A DNA stretch of 42,970 nt from contig JBBTQG010000013.1 of the NCBI GenBank assembly GCA_038065795.1, positions 1 through 42,970 on the forward strand. The letters run 5' to 3'. A program made the position numbers and the translations under genes. Positions 8,810-18,809 of the stretch are shown one piece after another (positions within the stretch are counted from its first letter, which is position 1; every line of letters begins with the position of its first letter). The notes below the pieces were generated by a model. The model was not told where the DNA came from. It searched no databases and saw nothing but the letters and a program-made list of their open reading frames with translations. This DNA is from Patescibacteria group bacterium (GTDB lineage: Bacteria; Patescibacteriota; Minisyncoccia; UBA6257; HR35).

Positions 8810-10516
8810 ATGGACATCAGCGCTACACTTCTTGAAAAATTAAAAGAAAAATATCCTGAAGCTGGAGATTGGGAACAAAGAGCAAGAATTTCAAAAATAG
8901 ATTTAGAGGAATATTTGCACAAGACAAGAAAAATAGATATAAATGAATTTCTTGATATAAAAGCCGAAGTATCCCATTATCCAAAAATAATTTTTGGCAA
9001 TAAAAAAATTTCACAAGATATTTTGAATCTTATCCCAGAAAAATCTGCAAAACTTTATCAGATTATAGCTTTTGATAAAAAAGATTCTGAAATTTCAATA
9101 GGAGCTCTTAATCCGCAAAATGCAAACATTGAAGAAATTTTAGGATTTATAAGAAACTCATTAAAATTAGAACCAAAAATTTTTGTAATATCAATAGCTG
9201 ATTATTACAAAGCAATTCGTTATTATAGAAATTTTGGAGATGAATTAAAACAATTTATAGGTGATTTTAGAAAAGGAAAGCCGTTTATTGAAGAAGAATC
9301 GTTGTCTTTTGGAGAGTCAATAACGACAGAAGACGCCCCTGTTATTAAAATCGTGGAGCTTGTTATCAAAGAATCTGTAAATTTTTTTGCTTCGGACATA
9401 CATTTTGAGCCGTTAATAGATAGAATGAGATTGAGATTTAGAATAAACGGCGTTCTGAAAACAATATCATATTTTCCAAAAGATTTACATTACCAAATTA
9501 TTAATAGAATAAAAGTTTTGGCAAAATTAAAACTTGACGAATCAAGAGTTCCGCAAGACGGCAGAATTAGATTAATAATTGAAGGAAGAGAAATTGATTT
9601 AAGAATAGGCATTTTACCGACAATTGAAGGTGAAAAAATTACAATTAGAATTTTAGACCCAGTTATTGGATTAAAGCAACTTTCAGAAATCGGAGTGCCG
9701 GATTATTATTCTAAAAAAATACAAAAAATTAAAGAAAAAGCGTACGGATTGGTTTTAATAACAGGACCAACTGGTTCAGGAAAAACAACAACTCTTTACG
9801 CGCTTCTTCAAGAAATAAACAATGACGATGTAAATGTTATAAGCTTGGAAGACCCAGTTGAATATAGAGTTGACGGGATAAACCAATCCCAAGTTATGCC
9901 TGAAATTGGATATGCGTTTTCAACAGGGTTAAGAGAAATTTTAAGACAAGACCCTGATATCATTTTAGTTGGCGAGATAAGAGATAATGAAACAGCGGAC
10001 TTGGCAATTCATTCAGCTTTGACAGGCCAGCTTGTTTTCGCGACTCTTCATACAAATACTGCGATAAGTTCAATAACAAGGTTAATTGATATTGGAGTTG
10101 CAAGATTTTTATTGTCTCCGACACTTCAATTTTTAATAGCTCAAAGACTTATAAGAAAATTGTGCGAATGTAAAACAGAAACACAAGTTGTCGGAGATTT
10201 AGAACGAATAATTGAAGAAGCGCTGGATATTCTACCAGCTCACATTAAAGAATCCGCGCATTATAAAAAACCATTTACTTCTTTCAGGCAAAATGGTTGT
10301 GAAAAGTGTAATAATAAAGGATTTGTCGGAAGAATAGGATTGTTTGAGTTAATTGAAATAAATGAAGAACTCAGAAAGGGAATAGAAAAAGGAGAATCAG
10401 AAACGGATTTATCAAAATATTTACCAGCGCAGGATTTTGTGAGTTTAAGGCAGGACGGAGTTTTGAAAGCATTGCGAGGTGAAGTTGTATTGGAAGAAGT
10501 AATAAAATCAACATAA
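8810..10516 (+). CDS. pilB: type IV pilus extension ATPase PilB (GspE family)
   Basis: GspE N-domain, Walker A GPTGSGKTTT, ILVGEIRD, His box TGQLVFATLHTN, Cys cluster CECK...CEKC. Confidence 0.9.
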   Translation: MDISATLLEKLKEKYPEAGDWEQRARISKIDLEEYLHKTRKIDINEFLDIKAEVSHYPKIIFGNKKISQDILNLIPEKSAKLYQIIAFDKKDSEISIGALNPQNANIEEILGFIRNSLKLEPKIFVISIADYYKAIRYYRNFGDELKQFIGDFRKGKPFIEEESLSFGESITTEDAPVIKIVELVIKESVNFFASDIHFEPLIDRMRLRFRINGVLKTISYFPKDLHYQIINRIKVLAKLKLDESRVPQDGRIRLIIEGREIDLRIGILPTIEGEKITIRILDPVIGLKQLSEIGVPDYYSKKIQKIKEKAYGLVLITGPTGSGKTTTLYALLQEINNDDVNVISLEDPVEYRVDGINQSQVMPEIGYAFSTGLREILRQDPDIILVGEIRDNETADLAIHSALTGQLVFATLHTNTAISSITRLIDIGVARFLLSPTLQFLIAQRLIRKLCECKTETQVVGDLERIIEEALDILPAHIKESAHYKKPFTSFRQNGCEKCNNKGFVGRIGLFELIEINEELRKGIEKGESETDLSKYLPAQDFVSLRQDGVLKALRGEVVLEEVIKST

Positions 10517-10618
10517 ATAGATTTTAAAATAAATTTGTTATATACTTATTTTAGCTAATAAAATTTTATTTGAAATAATTAACATCGCTCAAATTGTAAG
10601 CGGTGGTTAAATTTAAAA

Positions 10619-11674
10619 ATGGACGAAAGATTAAAAAAGTTATTGCGTTTAACAATTGAAAGAGGCGCGTCTGATTTGCATCTTGTTCCGTCAAGATTTT
10701 CAAGTATTAGAATAAATGGCGAATTAGTTTCATTGTCCGATGAAAAAATTCTTGAACCAAGAGAAGTTGAAATAATAATTTTATCGCTTTTAGATGAAGA
10801 CCAAAAAGTTAAACTTTTAAAATATAAGGATTTGGATTTATCGTTTTCTTTGGATGACAAAGCAAGATTCCGCGCGAATATTTATTTACAGAAAAATGGA
10901 TGGGCGGGGTCTTTTAGGGCAATTTCATCTGAAATCAAATCAGTTGAAGAATTAAATTTACCGCCGATTTTACATGAATTTATTAAAAAGAAACAAGGAT
11001 TAATATTAATAGCTGGTCCTGCTGGATGCGGAAAATCAACAACACTCGCCGCGTTAGTGGATGAAATAAATCATACTCAAGCCCGTCACATCATTACTAT
11101 TGAAGAGCCAGTTGAATATATTTTTTTTCCAGACCAATCTATTGTTACGCAAAGAGAAGTTCCGAATGAAGCTTATTCTTGGCACAGGGCTTTGAAGTCA
11201 GCATTAAGACAAGACCCAGATGTAATAATGATAGGCGAATTAAGAGACCCTGTTTCCATAGCAATAGCTCTAACAGCCGCTGAAACAGGACATTTAGTAT
11301 TAGGAACACTCCATACAAATTCAGCGTCTCAAACAATCGACAGAATTATTGATGCTCTTCCAGATGGTCAAAAAAATCAGGCGAGATTTCAACTTGCTTC
11401 GTCTCTTATCGGTGTAGTTTCGCAAAGACTTGTCCCGAGAATTGCAGGAGGCAGAATTCCAGCATGTGAAATTTTGATAGCAAATCAGGCTGTTAAAAAT
11501 TTAATAAGAGAAAATAAAGTCTATCAAATTGATTTAGTAATTGAAACAAGCTTAGAGCAAGGAATGATTTCTATTGAAAGAAGTTTGGCAACTATGGTTT
11601 CTATGAATGAAATTTCAGAAGAAAATGCATATTTGTTTGCTTTAAGTCAAGAAAGGTTGAAAGGTTTGTTGTAG
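10619..11674 (+). CDS. pilT: twitching-motility retraction ATPase PilT
   Basis: ASDLHL, Walker A GPAGCGKSTT, IMIGELRD, AETGHLVLGTLHTNSA; 351 aa. Confidence 0.9.
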   Translation: MDERLKKLLRLTIERGASDLHLVPSRFSSIRINGELVSLSDEKILEPREVEIIILSLLDEDQKVKLLKYKDLDLSFSLDDKARFRANIYLQKNGWAGSFRAISSEIKSVEELNLPPILHEFIKKKQGLILIAGPAGCGKSTTLAALVDEINHTQARHIITIEEPVEYIFFPDQSIVTQREVPNEAYSWHRALKSALRQDPDVIMIGELRDPVSIAIALTAAETGHLVLGTLHTNSASQTIDRIIDALPDGQKNQARFQLASSLIGVVSQRLVPRIAGGRIPACEILIANQAVKNLIRENKVYQIDLVIETSLEQGMISIERSLATMVSMNEISEENAYLFALSQERLKGLL

Positions 11675-11702
11675 TTAATCAATCCAAAATAAATCAATAA
11701 TA

Positions 11703-12905
11703 ATGAAATTTAATTACAAGTCTTTTGATAAAGACGGAAATTTTAAGGAAGGAACGATTGAGACAGCTTCAAAAGAAAGCGCTGTTATCGCATTGCAAAA
11801 TCAAGGGTTGATTGTTACATTTATATCTCAGGTAGGAACTAATACAAAATTGCCATATTTTGGAAAAATTTCTTTAAAAGATGTAGTATTTTTTACGCGC
11901 GAGCTTCATTTTTTAGTTCAAGCAAGAATTCCGCTTGACGCCGCTGTAAAAACGTTATCCGAGCAAGTCACAAATATAAAATTTAGAAAAGTGCTAGATG
12001 ATATTTATCAAGATGTTGTTGCTGGGATTTCTCTATCAAAAGCTTTGGGGAAACATAGTATTTTTTCAACTTACTACATAAAAATGGTTCAGATAGGAGA
12101 AGTTTCTGGTTCATTGGACGAAGCAACCGAATATTTAGCAACTCATCTTGAAAATCAAAATAAATTTTTGAGCAAATTAATACAAACACTTATTTATCCG
12201 GTAATTGTTTTATGTGTTTTTTTGGCGACAATGATAACTCTATTTGTCACAGTTATTCCAAGAGTAGCAAAAATTTTTACTGAAAATGATATTCCGATGC
12301 CTGTTATTACAAGAGTGTTCAATTCTTTTTCTGGGTTTTTAATACATAATTGGATGTATCTAGTTATATTTTTTACGGCGTTGATTTATTCAGCAATAGG
12401 ATATTTTAAAACACGGGAAGGAAAAATTTTTTTGTTTAATTTTTTGGATAAGATTCCAATCGTCAACGACGCAGTTAAGACAACCTATCTTTTAAGATTT
12501 CTTGAATCTATGAGTTTTTTAATAAAGGGTGGTTTGCCAATTCCTGAATCATTAAATATTGTTGCGACAAGCGTTGATAATCCTGTTTTTGAAGATGCCT
12601 TAAAGACTATAGCTGAAGAAACAAAAAAAGGAAGCCCTGTATCTTCTGCGTTAAAAGCATTTCCGAATATTTTTACTCCATTAGTAATCCAATCTTTTAT
12701 AACCGGTGAAAAAACAGGAAAATTAAGGGAAATTTTATTTTCAATATCAAATTTTTATTTACAGGAATTAGAAGTTAAAACTTCAACTTTATCGGAAAAT
12801 ATTCAGCCAATTTTAATAGTAATTTTAGCCGCTGGATTAGGGTTTTTGGAAGTGTCTCTTTTGGTTCCTATATTAAATCTTACAAAAGCGGTTCAGAGTT
12901 TTTAG
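11703..12905 (+). CDS. pilC: type IV pilus platform protein PilC (GspF family)
   Basis: 400 aa with two GspF-type repeats and three hydrophobic segments; follows pilB/pilT. Confidence 0.85.
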   Translation: MKFNYKSFDKDGNFKEGTIETASKESAVIALQNQGLIVTFISQVGTNTKLPYFGKISLKDVVFFTRELHFLVQARIPLDAAVKTLSEQVTNIKFRKVLDDIYQDVVAGISLSKALGKHSIFSTYYIKMVQIGEVSGSLDEATEYLATHLENQNKFLSKLIQTLIYPVIVLCVFLATMITLFVTVIPRVAKIFTENDIPMPVITRVFNSFSGFLIHNWMYLVIFFTALIYSAIGYFKTREGKIFLFNFLDKIPIVNDAVKTTYLLRFLESMSFLIKGGLPIPESLNIVATSVDNPVFEDALKTIAEETKKGSPVSSALKAFPNIFTPLVIQSFITGEKTGKLREILFSISNFYLQELEVKTSTLSENIQPILIVILAAGLGFLEVSLLVPILNLTKAVQSF

Positions 12906-12909
12906 TTAA

Positions 12910-12945
12910 CCAAACCACACCCGACGGGTGTGGTTTGGGGGTTTT
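12910..12945 (+). terminator. intrinsic terminator after pilC
   Basis: 13-bp perfect stem CCAAACCACACCC/GGGTGTGGTTTGG with loop GAC, followed by GGGTTTT. Confidence 0.6.
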
Positions 12946-12990
12946 CACGGCGCAATCATTTTAAAAATAGAAGTGAAAGGCGAGCAAATG

Positions 12991-12999
12991 TTATCCACA
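12991..12999 (+). promoter_or_regulatory. TTATCCACA box (identical to the DnaA-box consensus), 38 nt upstream of TATAAT 13029-13034, ahead of the major pilin gene
   Basis: Exact 9-mer read in the sequence; one of four intergenic copies at conserved distance from a -10 hexamer. Confidence 0.5.
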
Positions 13000-13145
13000 T
13001 ATTAGATTATAAAAATATAGAATTGTTTTATAATAATAGAAATAAAAATTGTCGAAATGTAATAATGAAAACAATAAGATGTTTTCATTATTGAAAAATA
13101 TTATCATATTTTTCAGCGTTAAATTAACCAGTTTTTTAAAAAACA

Positions 13146-13739
13146 ATGAAAAATAAAGGTTTTACGCTCATAGAACTTGCGGTTGTATTGTTGGTTATTG
13201 GAATTTTGGCTGGCATTGTATTAAAAAATGTTGGTTCTCAGGGCTCTCAGGCAAGAGATACAAGAAGAGTTTCGGATTTACGAAATGTTTCAGTCTATCT
13301 TGCGCAATATCTAAGCAAAACAGGAAGTTTCCCTGATACAACAGATACTGATTGGGTAGGTAGTACGGGCACTTTGGCGGCAGCTTTAGTGGATAAGGGC
13401 GTTATTGCCTCGGATTCAGCTTTGCCAAAACCTCCATCAGGAGCAAGTTATCAATATTACGCTTGTACGGATTCAGGTGATAATACCATATCAATCGCTA
13501 ATCATTTTGTTTTAAGGGTTATTTTGGAAGAAGATGACACTAAAAATGCAAGACTTTATGATAGCGCATATAACGGGAGTACTCTTCCTTGGACTACGGG
13601 AGGTTGTGCCGTTAAAACAGGCGGTAGTGTTATAGGCACTCAAGGTTCGCCGGGTCTTGCTCCTTCTGGATCGACATTAGCATTATCTCAGAATATTTCT
13701 TGCTTAAGTAAATCAAAGGAATATTGTTTAATTCAGTAA
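13146..13739 (+). CDS. major type IV pilin
   Basis: Class III signal MKNKG/FTLIELAVVLLVIGILAGIV with Glu at +5; C-terminal Cys pair CLSKSKEYC; flanked by strong hairpins. Confidence 0.85.
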   Translation: MKNKGFTLIELAVVLLVIGILAGIVLKNVGSQGSQARDTRRVSDLRNVSVYLAQYLSKTGSFPDTTDTDWVGSTGTLAAALVDKGVIASDSALPKPPSGASYQYYACTDSGDNTISIANHFVLRVILEEDDTKNARLYDSAYNGSTLPWTTGGCAVKTGGSVIGTQGSPGLAPSGSTLALSQNISCLSKSKEYCLIQ

Positions 13740-13770
13740 AGCTAATTAATAGAAACAACAACTAATCTAA

Positions 13771-13810
13771 CCCAAAAATTCCCACGCCAGTTGGTGTGGG
13801 AATTTTTGGG
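13771..13810 (+). terminator. long hairpin after the pilin gene (terminator/attenuator candidate)
   Basis: CCCAAAAATTCCCACGCC / GGTGTGGGAATTTTTGGG, about 18 bp, loop AGTT; no clear T-tract follows. Confidence 0.45.
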
Positions 13811-13859
13811 TGTAATGAGTATCGCGTATTTTAATGTGTGTTAAAATTAATTCATAATT

Positions 13860-14705
13860 ATGAATTTAGCGATTTTTTTTATTTTTGGATTGTTTCTCGG
13901 AAGTTTTTTAAATAATGTTGCTCTGCGACTTGAAAATGATGAATCATTTATTTTTTCGCGCTCAAAATGTCCAAAATGTAAAAAAAAGTTAAAGTGGTAT
14001 AATCTAATCCCTTTGTTGAGCTACATAATTCAATTAGGAAAATGCTCAAGTTGTCGTGAAAAAATCTCTATTCGGTATCCGTTGACTGAAATTTTTGCTG
14101 GGATTTTTACATTCGGACTCGCAAAAGTAATATTTACAATATACAATTTCCATTTATTAAGTTCATTTATTATTTTTTTGTATTATCTTTCGTTTATTAG
14201 CGCGTTTTTTGTTCTTGCGTTGATTGATTTTAAAACAAAATATATTAGTGAAAAATTAATTTATTTTATGGTTGCTGTTTGGTTAATTTTTCAGGCGATA
14301 TTTTATTTCGTTCCTGTATTGAAAATAGCGTTTATTGGAGCATGGTCGGAATTTTTTGAGCAATTTTTAAAATTTCCAAATTCTGAATTTATCGGGCAAA
14401 TTTTTACGGCGTTTATTGCCGCTTTACCATTTTTGTTTTTATTTGCGATTACGCTTGGGTGGGGCGTTGGTCTAGGCGATTCAAAAGTTGCTTTTGTAAT
14501 GGGGTTATTTTTTAAACCCGGAGATTTTTTTCTTTCTCTTGTAATGGCAATATTTTTGGGCGGGATAGTAGGCGTTATTATTTTGTTAAAAACGCAAAAA
14601 TTTAAACAAGAGATTCCATATGTGCCATTTTTATTTGCAGGAACTTTGGTGGCTATGTTTTGGGGAGAAATGTTAATAACAAATTATTTTAAAATATTCA
14701 GATGA
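13860..14705 (+). CDS. pilD: prepilin peptidase (A24 family)
   Basis: CPKC...CSSC zinc motif, multi-TM, catalytic-Asp motif GLGDSKV. Confidence 0.85.
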   Translation: MNLAIFFIFGLFLGSFLNNVALRLENDESFIFSRSKCPKCKKKLKWYNLIPLLSYIIQLGKCSSCREKISIRYPLTEIFAGIFTFGLAKVIFTIYNFHLLSSFIIFLYYLSFISAFFVLALIDFKTKYISEKLIYFMVAVWLIFQAIFYFVPVLKIAFIGAWSEFFEQFLKFPNSEFIGQIFTAFIAALPFLFLFAITLGWGVGLGDSKVAFVMGLFFKPGDFFLSLVMAIFLGGIVGVIILLKTQKFKQEIPYVPFLFAGTLVAMFWGEMLITNYFKIFR

Positions 14706-15358
14706 GAAAATTTCACAATGGTTTCACTTTATTAGAAATCGCTGTTTCGTTAATCGTTATGTCTGTTTTATTGACTATTACTTTTAGTTTATTTTCTTTG
14801 AATAAAGATTTTTGGTTATTAAATGAAAAATCTCTTTATTTTGCAAAAAATCTTAATGGCGTTAAAAAACTTTCATTGCAAGGCGCGACATTTTCTGGAA
14901 AAAAAATTTGTGGCGCTGGAATTTTGATTGATAAAAATAAGAATGAATATTTCGGTATCGCTGTTGATATAGGTGATATCAGTACAGGATTGCTCAGTTG
15001 TTCTGGCGTTGATGCAGAATCTTTTGATTTAACAAAAATTAATGATTTAGAAAGTAATCAAAATGTTATAAAAATATCAAAGTTTTTTGATTTCACAACA
15101 GCGCCAGCCAATTTATTAAAAGAAAATTTTGAAAATGTTGTTATTTCTGTTTATCTTAATGAAGAAGATTCCCCGATAAATTTTGAAAAACTTGAAATAA
15201 TTTTTACAAATCCTTACGCAGATCCAAGAGTGTTTGTATCCCCATATACAATATCGTCAGAAATTAATGATTGGAACAAAATAAATTTTGATTTAAAATT
15301 TAAAGATGAGACTTCAAGGCTTACAATCACAAAAACCGGACAAATTTTATTTAAGTAG
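14702..15358 (+). CDS. minor pilin (prepilin-type N-terminal cleavage domain)
   Basis: MRKFHNG/FTLLEIAVSLIV prepilin signal; ATGA overlap with pilD. Confidence 0.75.
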   Translation: MRKFHNGFTLLEIAVSLIVMSVLLTITFSLFSLNKDFWLLNEKSLYFAKNLNGVKKLSLQGATFSGKKICGAGILIDKNKNEYFGIAVDIGDISTGLLSCSGVDAESFDLTKINDLESNQNVIKISKFFDFTTAPANLLKENFENVVISVYLNEEDSPINFEKLEIIFTNPYADPRVFVSPYTISSEINDWNKINFDLKFKDETSRLTITKTGQILFK

Positions 15359-15875
15359 AAGAGCGTTTTCATTAATAGAAGTTACTCTTGCGTTGTCTAT
15401 ATTCGTTATGGGGTTTATGGCGCTTTTTAATATTGTTAATTCATATTCGTATACGCTTAAAACAATAAAAGAAAGAATGACAGCAAATTTTTTAGCGCAA
15501 GAAGGATTAGAATTAGTTCTCGCTAAAAGAAACGCAAATTTCAAATTTCTTAATTCAGGAGGAACCGTAAATTGGATAGATGGACTTGGAGAAAAAATTT
15601 GTATAAACCCCGATCTTTCATTAATTGATTCACCCTGTAGCGATGGAAAATTATATTTAGATTCGGACACTGATGTATTTTCGCATAATCAAACGCCAAC
15701 CTCAAAACAATCAGCTTTCTCCAGAATTATAACAATAGCTAAAATTGACACCAAAGACTTAAATAACACAATTTCAAATGATTACGCTGTTCTTGTTGAA
15801 TCAGAAGTGAAATGGTCGGGAGAACCGATAATATTAAAAATGGTAATGACAAAATGGCACCCAAAATCGCAGTAA
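15306..15875 (+). CDS. minor pilin-like protein
   Basis: ...SRRA/FSLIEVTLALSIFV prepilin-like signal (Ala instead of Gly at -1); only in-frame start is ATG 15306, overlapping the previous gene by 53 nt. Confidence 0.6.
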   Translation: MRLQGLQSQKPDKFYLSRRAFSLIEVTLALSIFVMGFMALFNIVNSYSYTLKTIKERMTANFLAQEGLELVLAKRNANFKFLNSGGTVNWIDGLGEKICINPDLSLIDSPCSDGKLYLDSDTDVFSHNQTPTSKQSAFSRIITIAKIDTKDLNNTISNDYAVLVESEVKWSGEPIILKMVMTKWHPKSQ

Positions 15876-16384
15876 AAAATAAACCAAAAAAAATAGCATC
15901 AAAGGGTTTTACAATACTTGAAGCCGCTGTTTCTATTTTAGTTTTTGCTACTATTATAGGTATAGGTATTACATCATACATAAATCTTTTGAGGGCAAGC
16001 GCGATTTCCAGAAATGTTTATGCGTCTTTGGAAAATCTTTCACTTGGATTGGAAAGAATTTGGAAGGATGTAAAATACGGAAGTTGTTTTATAGCCGTAG
16101 ACGAAGGTCATTCCATACAATTTAAAGATATGAACGGAAAACAAATAGAGCTAAAATTAGATTCAGGAGTTATGAAATATATAAAAGAAAGTTCAGAGTT
16201 TGCGTTAAATGACTCACTTATTGCATTTGTGGAAAATGTGTATTTTATTGTTTCTAGTCAAAATACTTCTGTAACAATGTCAGTACTTGCCAAAATAAAA
16301 TCGAAAGATTTTGAGGCTCCAATTAATTTACAAATATCAGTTGCGCCAATTAACGCGCCGTTTCCATCACAACCATGCGAATAA
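15854..16384 (+). CDS. minor pilin-like protein
   Basis: MAPKIAVKNKPKKIASKG/FTILEAAVSILVF prepilin signal; track ORF begins at 15812, ATG 15854 gives a shorter overlap. Confidence 0.65.
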   Translation: MAPKIAVKNKPKKIASKGFTILEAAVSILVFATIIGIGITSYINLLRASAISRNVYASLENLSLGLERIWKDVKYGSCFIAVDEGHSIQFKDMNGKQIELKLDSGVMKYIKESSEFALNDSLIAFVENVYFIVSSQNTSVTMSVLAKIKSKDFEAPINLQISVAPINAPFPSQPCE

Positions 16385-16737
16385 TAAATCACAAAATTCA
16401 CAAATCCCATCACATACCACCAACCACCAACTACCCATTTAATGGTCAAGTTTATTTAGTTACAGTTTTTGCGTTGATGATAACGGCAATCGTGTTTTTT
16501 GTTATGATAACTCCGATTACAGAGCAAGCAAAAGGAGCCGTGAGTATATCGGATTCAAGCAGGGCGTTAGGAATTGCTGAAAGCGGATTGGAAATAGAGC
16601 TTCTTCGCGCTATCGCTAATCAAATTCCAAAAGAAAATTTATCTGAGTTTAGATATTCATCAAGCACTTTTGAAAAACAAATTGCAATTACTGGAAAAGT
16701 TAGAAATATTGAAAGAACTTTATTTTTTGGGCAATGA
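16375..16737 (+). CDS. PilX-like pilus-associated membrane protein
   Basis: One TM (VYLVTVFALMITAIVFFVMI) followed by SSRALGIAESGLEIEL, resembling the PilX N-terminal motif; last gene of the minor-pilin run. Confidence 0.45.
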   Translation: MRIINHKIHKSHHIPPTTNYPFNGQVYLVTVFALMITAIVFFVMITPITEQAKGAVSISDSSRALGIAESGLEIELLRAIANQIPKENLSEFRYSSSTFEKQIAITGKVRNIERTLFFGQ

Positions 16738-18767
16738 TAAAAAAAGACGCGAAAGAAAGAATTGAAAAGTTAAAAGAATTGATTAATGAATACCGTTATT
16801 CAAGGCATGTTTTGGATAAAGAATTGGTGTCAATAGAAATTGAAGATTCGTTAAAAAAAGAACTCTTTGATTTAGAGCAAGAATTTTCTGAATTTATAAC
16901 TCCGGATTCTCCCACGCAAAGAGTTGGTGGTAAGCCGTTAAAAGAATTTAAAAAAGTCAAACATTCTACTCGGATGCTTTCGTTTAATGACGCATTTTCA
17001 ATAGATGATTTAAAAAATTGGGAAACAAGAAATGAAAAATTGTATGACGGACCAGTTTCAGCTGAATATTTTTGCGAATTAAAAATTGACGGATTAGCCA
17101 TTAAACTTGTTTATGAAAATGGAATTTTAATTACAGCGGCGACAAGAGGAGATGGTTCGGTTGGCGAAGATGTGACTCAAAATATAAAAACTATTGATGC
17201 TATTCCGTTGCGATTGCAAACTACAAAAATTAGCGCGCCAAAAATTTTGGAAGTGCGAGGCGAGGTGTTTATAAATAAATCCGATTTTGAGAAATTAAAT
17301 CAAGAGAGAAAAAAAAGCAATGAATCAGCATTTGCTAATCCAAGAAATGCGGCGGCAGGTTCAATTAGGCAATTGGATTCAAAAATTACGGCAAAAAGAA
17401 AATTAGATTCATTTATTTATAATTTAGCGACTGATTGTGGACAAAAAACTCATAAAGAAGAACATATTATTTTAAAAAAATTAGGATTTAAAACAAATCC
17501 AAATGTAAAATTGTGTAAAAATTTGGAGGAAGTAAGAGAATTTAGAGATTATTGGGAAAAAAATCGTGATAAGTTGCTATTTGAAATTGATGGAGTTGTC
17601 GTTCAAATTAATAATAATGAAGATATTGAAAAATTGGGAGTTGTTGGGAAAGCGCCGAGAGGAGCAATAGCGTTTAAATTTGCTCCAAAAGAAGCGACAA
17701 CAATTATTGAAAATATAAAAATTCAAATAGGAAGAACTGGCACATTGACTCCGGTTGCAGTTTTAAAACCGATTAAAATTGGCGGAGTTACAATTTCTCG
17801 CGCGTCTTTACATAATGAAGACGAGATAAAAAGATTAAATTTAAAAATTGGAGACACTGTTGCTGTTGGTCGGGCTGGAGATGTTATTCCTCAAATTTCA
17901 AAAGTGTTTATAGAATTACGAACAGGAAAAGAAAGAGAATTTAAATTTCCAAAAAATTGTCCGATTTGTAAAAGTTCTGTTTTAAAAACAGGCGCGCGCT
18001 ATAAATGTTTAAATAAAAATTGCTTTGCTTTACAAAAAGAAAAAATATATCACTTTGTTTCAAAATCAGCTTTTGATATTGTTGGATTGGGTCCACAGCT
18101 CATTGATAAATTGATTGAAAACGGGTTAGTTCAAGATGTTGCGGATTTATTTTTGTTAAAAGTTGGTGATTTGAGTGGCATAGAAGGATTAGGAGATTTG
18201 TCTGAAAAAAATTTAATTACAAGCGTTGCAAAAAAGAAAAAAATTATATTACGCAGGTTTATTTATGCTTTGGGAATTTTACATATTGGAGAAGAAAACG
18301 CAAAAATTCTTAACGATTTTTTTCAAACAAGAACAGATGCGAATAGAATTTCAGTCCCTTCTGATTTATGGGGAATTGGTAATTCTGTTTCAAAAGAAAA
18401 ATATGATGAGATTTTTGGATTTGGACCGCAAATTGTTAAAAGTGTTTGTGAATGGTTTCAGGATAAAACAAACGAAGAATTGTTAAAAAAATTAGATAAT
18501 TCGGGAATAAAAATTGAAATAGAACATATCAAAGTTTCAATAATTACAGGAAAAACATTTTGTTTTACAGGCGAACTTGAAAAAATGCCCAGAGAAAAAG
18601 CGCAAGAATTAGTTAGTTCAATGGGCGGAATTTCAAAAGACACAATTACGAAGGATTTAGAATATTTGGTCGTCGGAGAAAATCCCGGTTCAAAATTAGA
18701 GAAGGCGAAACGATTAGGTGTTAAAATAATTAATGAGCAAGAATTTTGGGTATTAATTGAAAGATAA
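16734..18767 (+). CDS. ligA: NAD-dependent DNA ligase
   Basis: Adenylation motif CELKIDGLA, zinc finger CPICKS...C..C, HhH region, C-terminal BRCT (FCFTGEL); 677 aa; ATGA overlap with the upstream gene. Confidence 0.95.
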   Translation: MIKKDAKERIEKLKELINEYRYSRHVLDKELVSIEIEDSLKKELFDLEQEFSEFITPDSPTQRVGGKPLKEFKKVKHSTRMLSFNDAFSIDDLKNWETRNEKLYDGPVSAEYFCELKIDGLAIKLVYENGILITAATRGDGSVGEDVTQNIKTIDAIPLRLQTTKISAPKILEVRGEVFINKSDFEKLNQERKKSNESAFANPRNAAAGSIRQLDSKITAKRKLDSFIYNLATDCGQKTHKEEHIILKKLGFKTNPNVKLCKNLEEVREFRDYWEKNRDKLLFEIDGVVVQINNNEDIEKLGVVGKAPRGAIAFKFAPKEATTIIENIKIQIGRTGTLTPVAVLKPIKIGGVTISRASLHNEDEIKRLNLKIGDTVAVGRAGDVIPQISKVFIELRTGKEREFKFPKNCPICKSSVLKTGARYKCLNKNCFALQKEKIYHFVSKSAFDIVGLGPQLIDKLIENGLVQDVADLFLLKVGDLSGIEGLGDLSEKNLITSVAKKKKIILRRFIYALGILHIGEENAKILNDFFQTRTDANRISVPSDLWGIGNSVSKEKYDEIFGFGPQIVKSVCEWFQDKTNEELLKKLDNSGIKIEIEHIKVSIITGKTFCFTGELEKMPREKAQELVSSMGGISKDTITKDLEYLVVGENPGSKLEKAKRLGVKIINEQEFWVLIER

Positions 18768-18809
18768 ATAACGAGCAAATTCGCTCGCGAATACGCTAGT
18801 TTATTTTGT

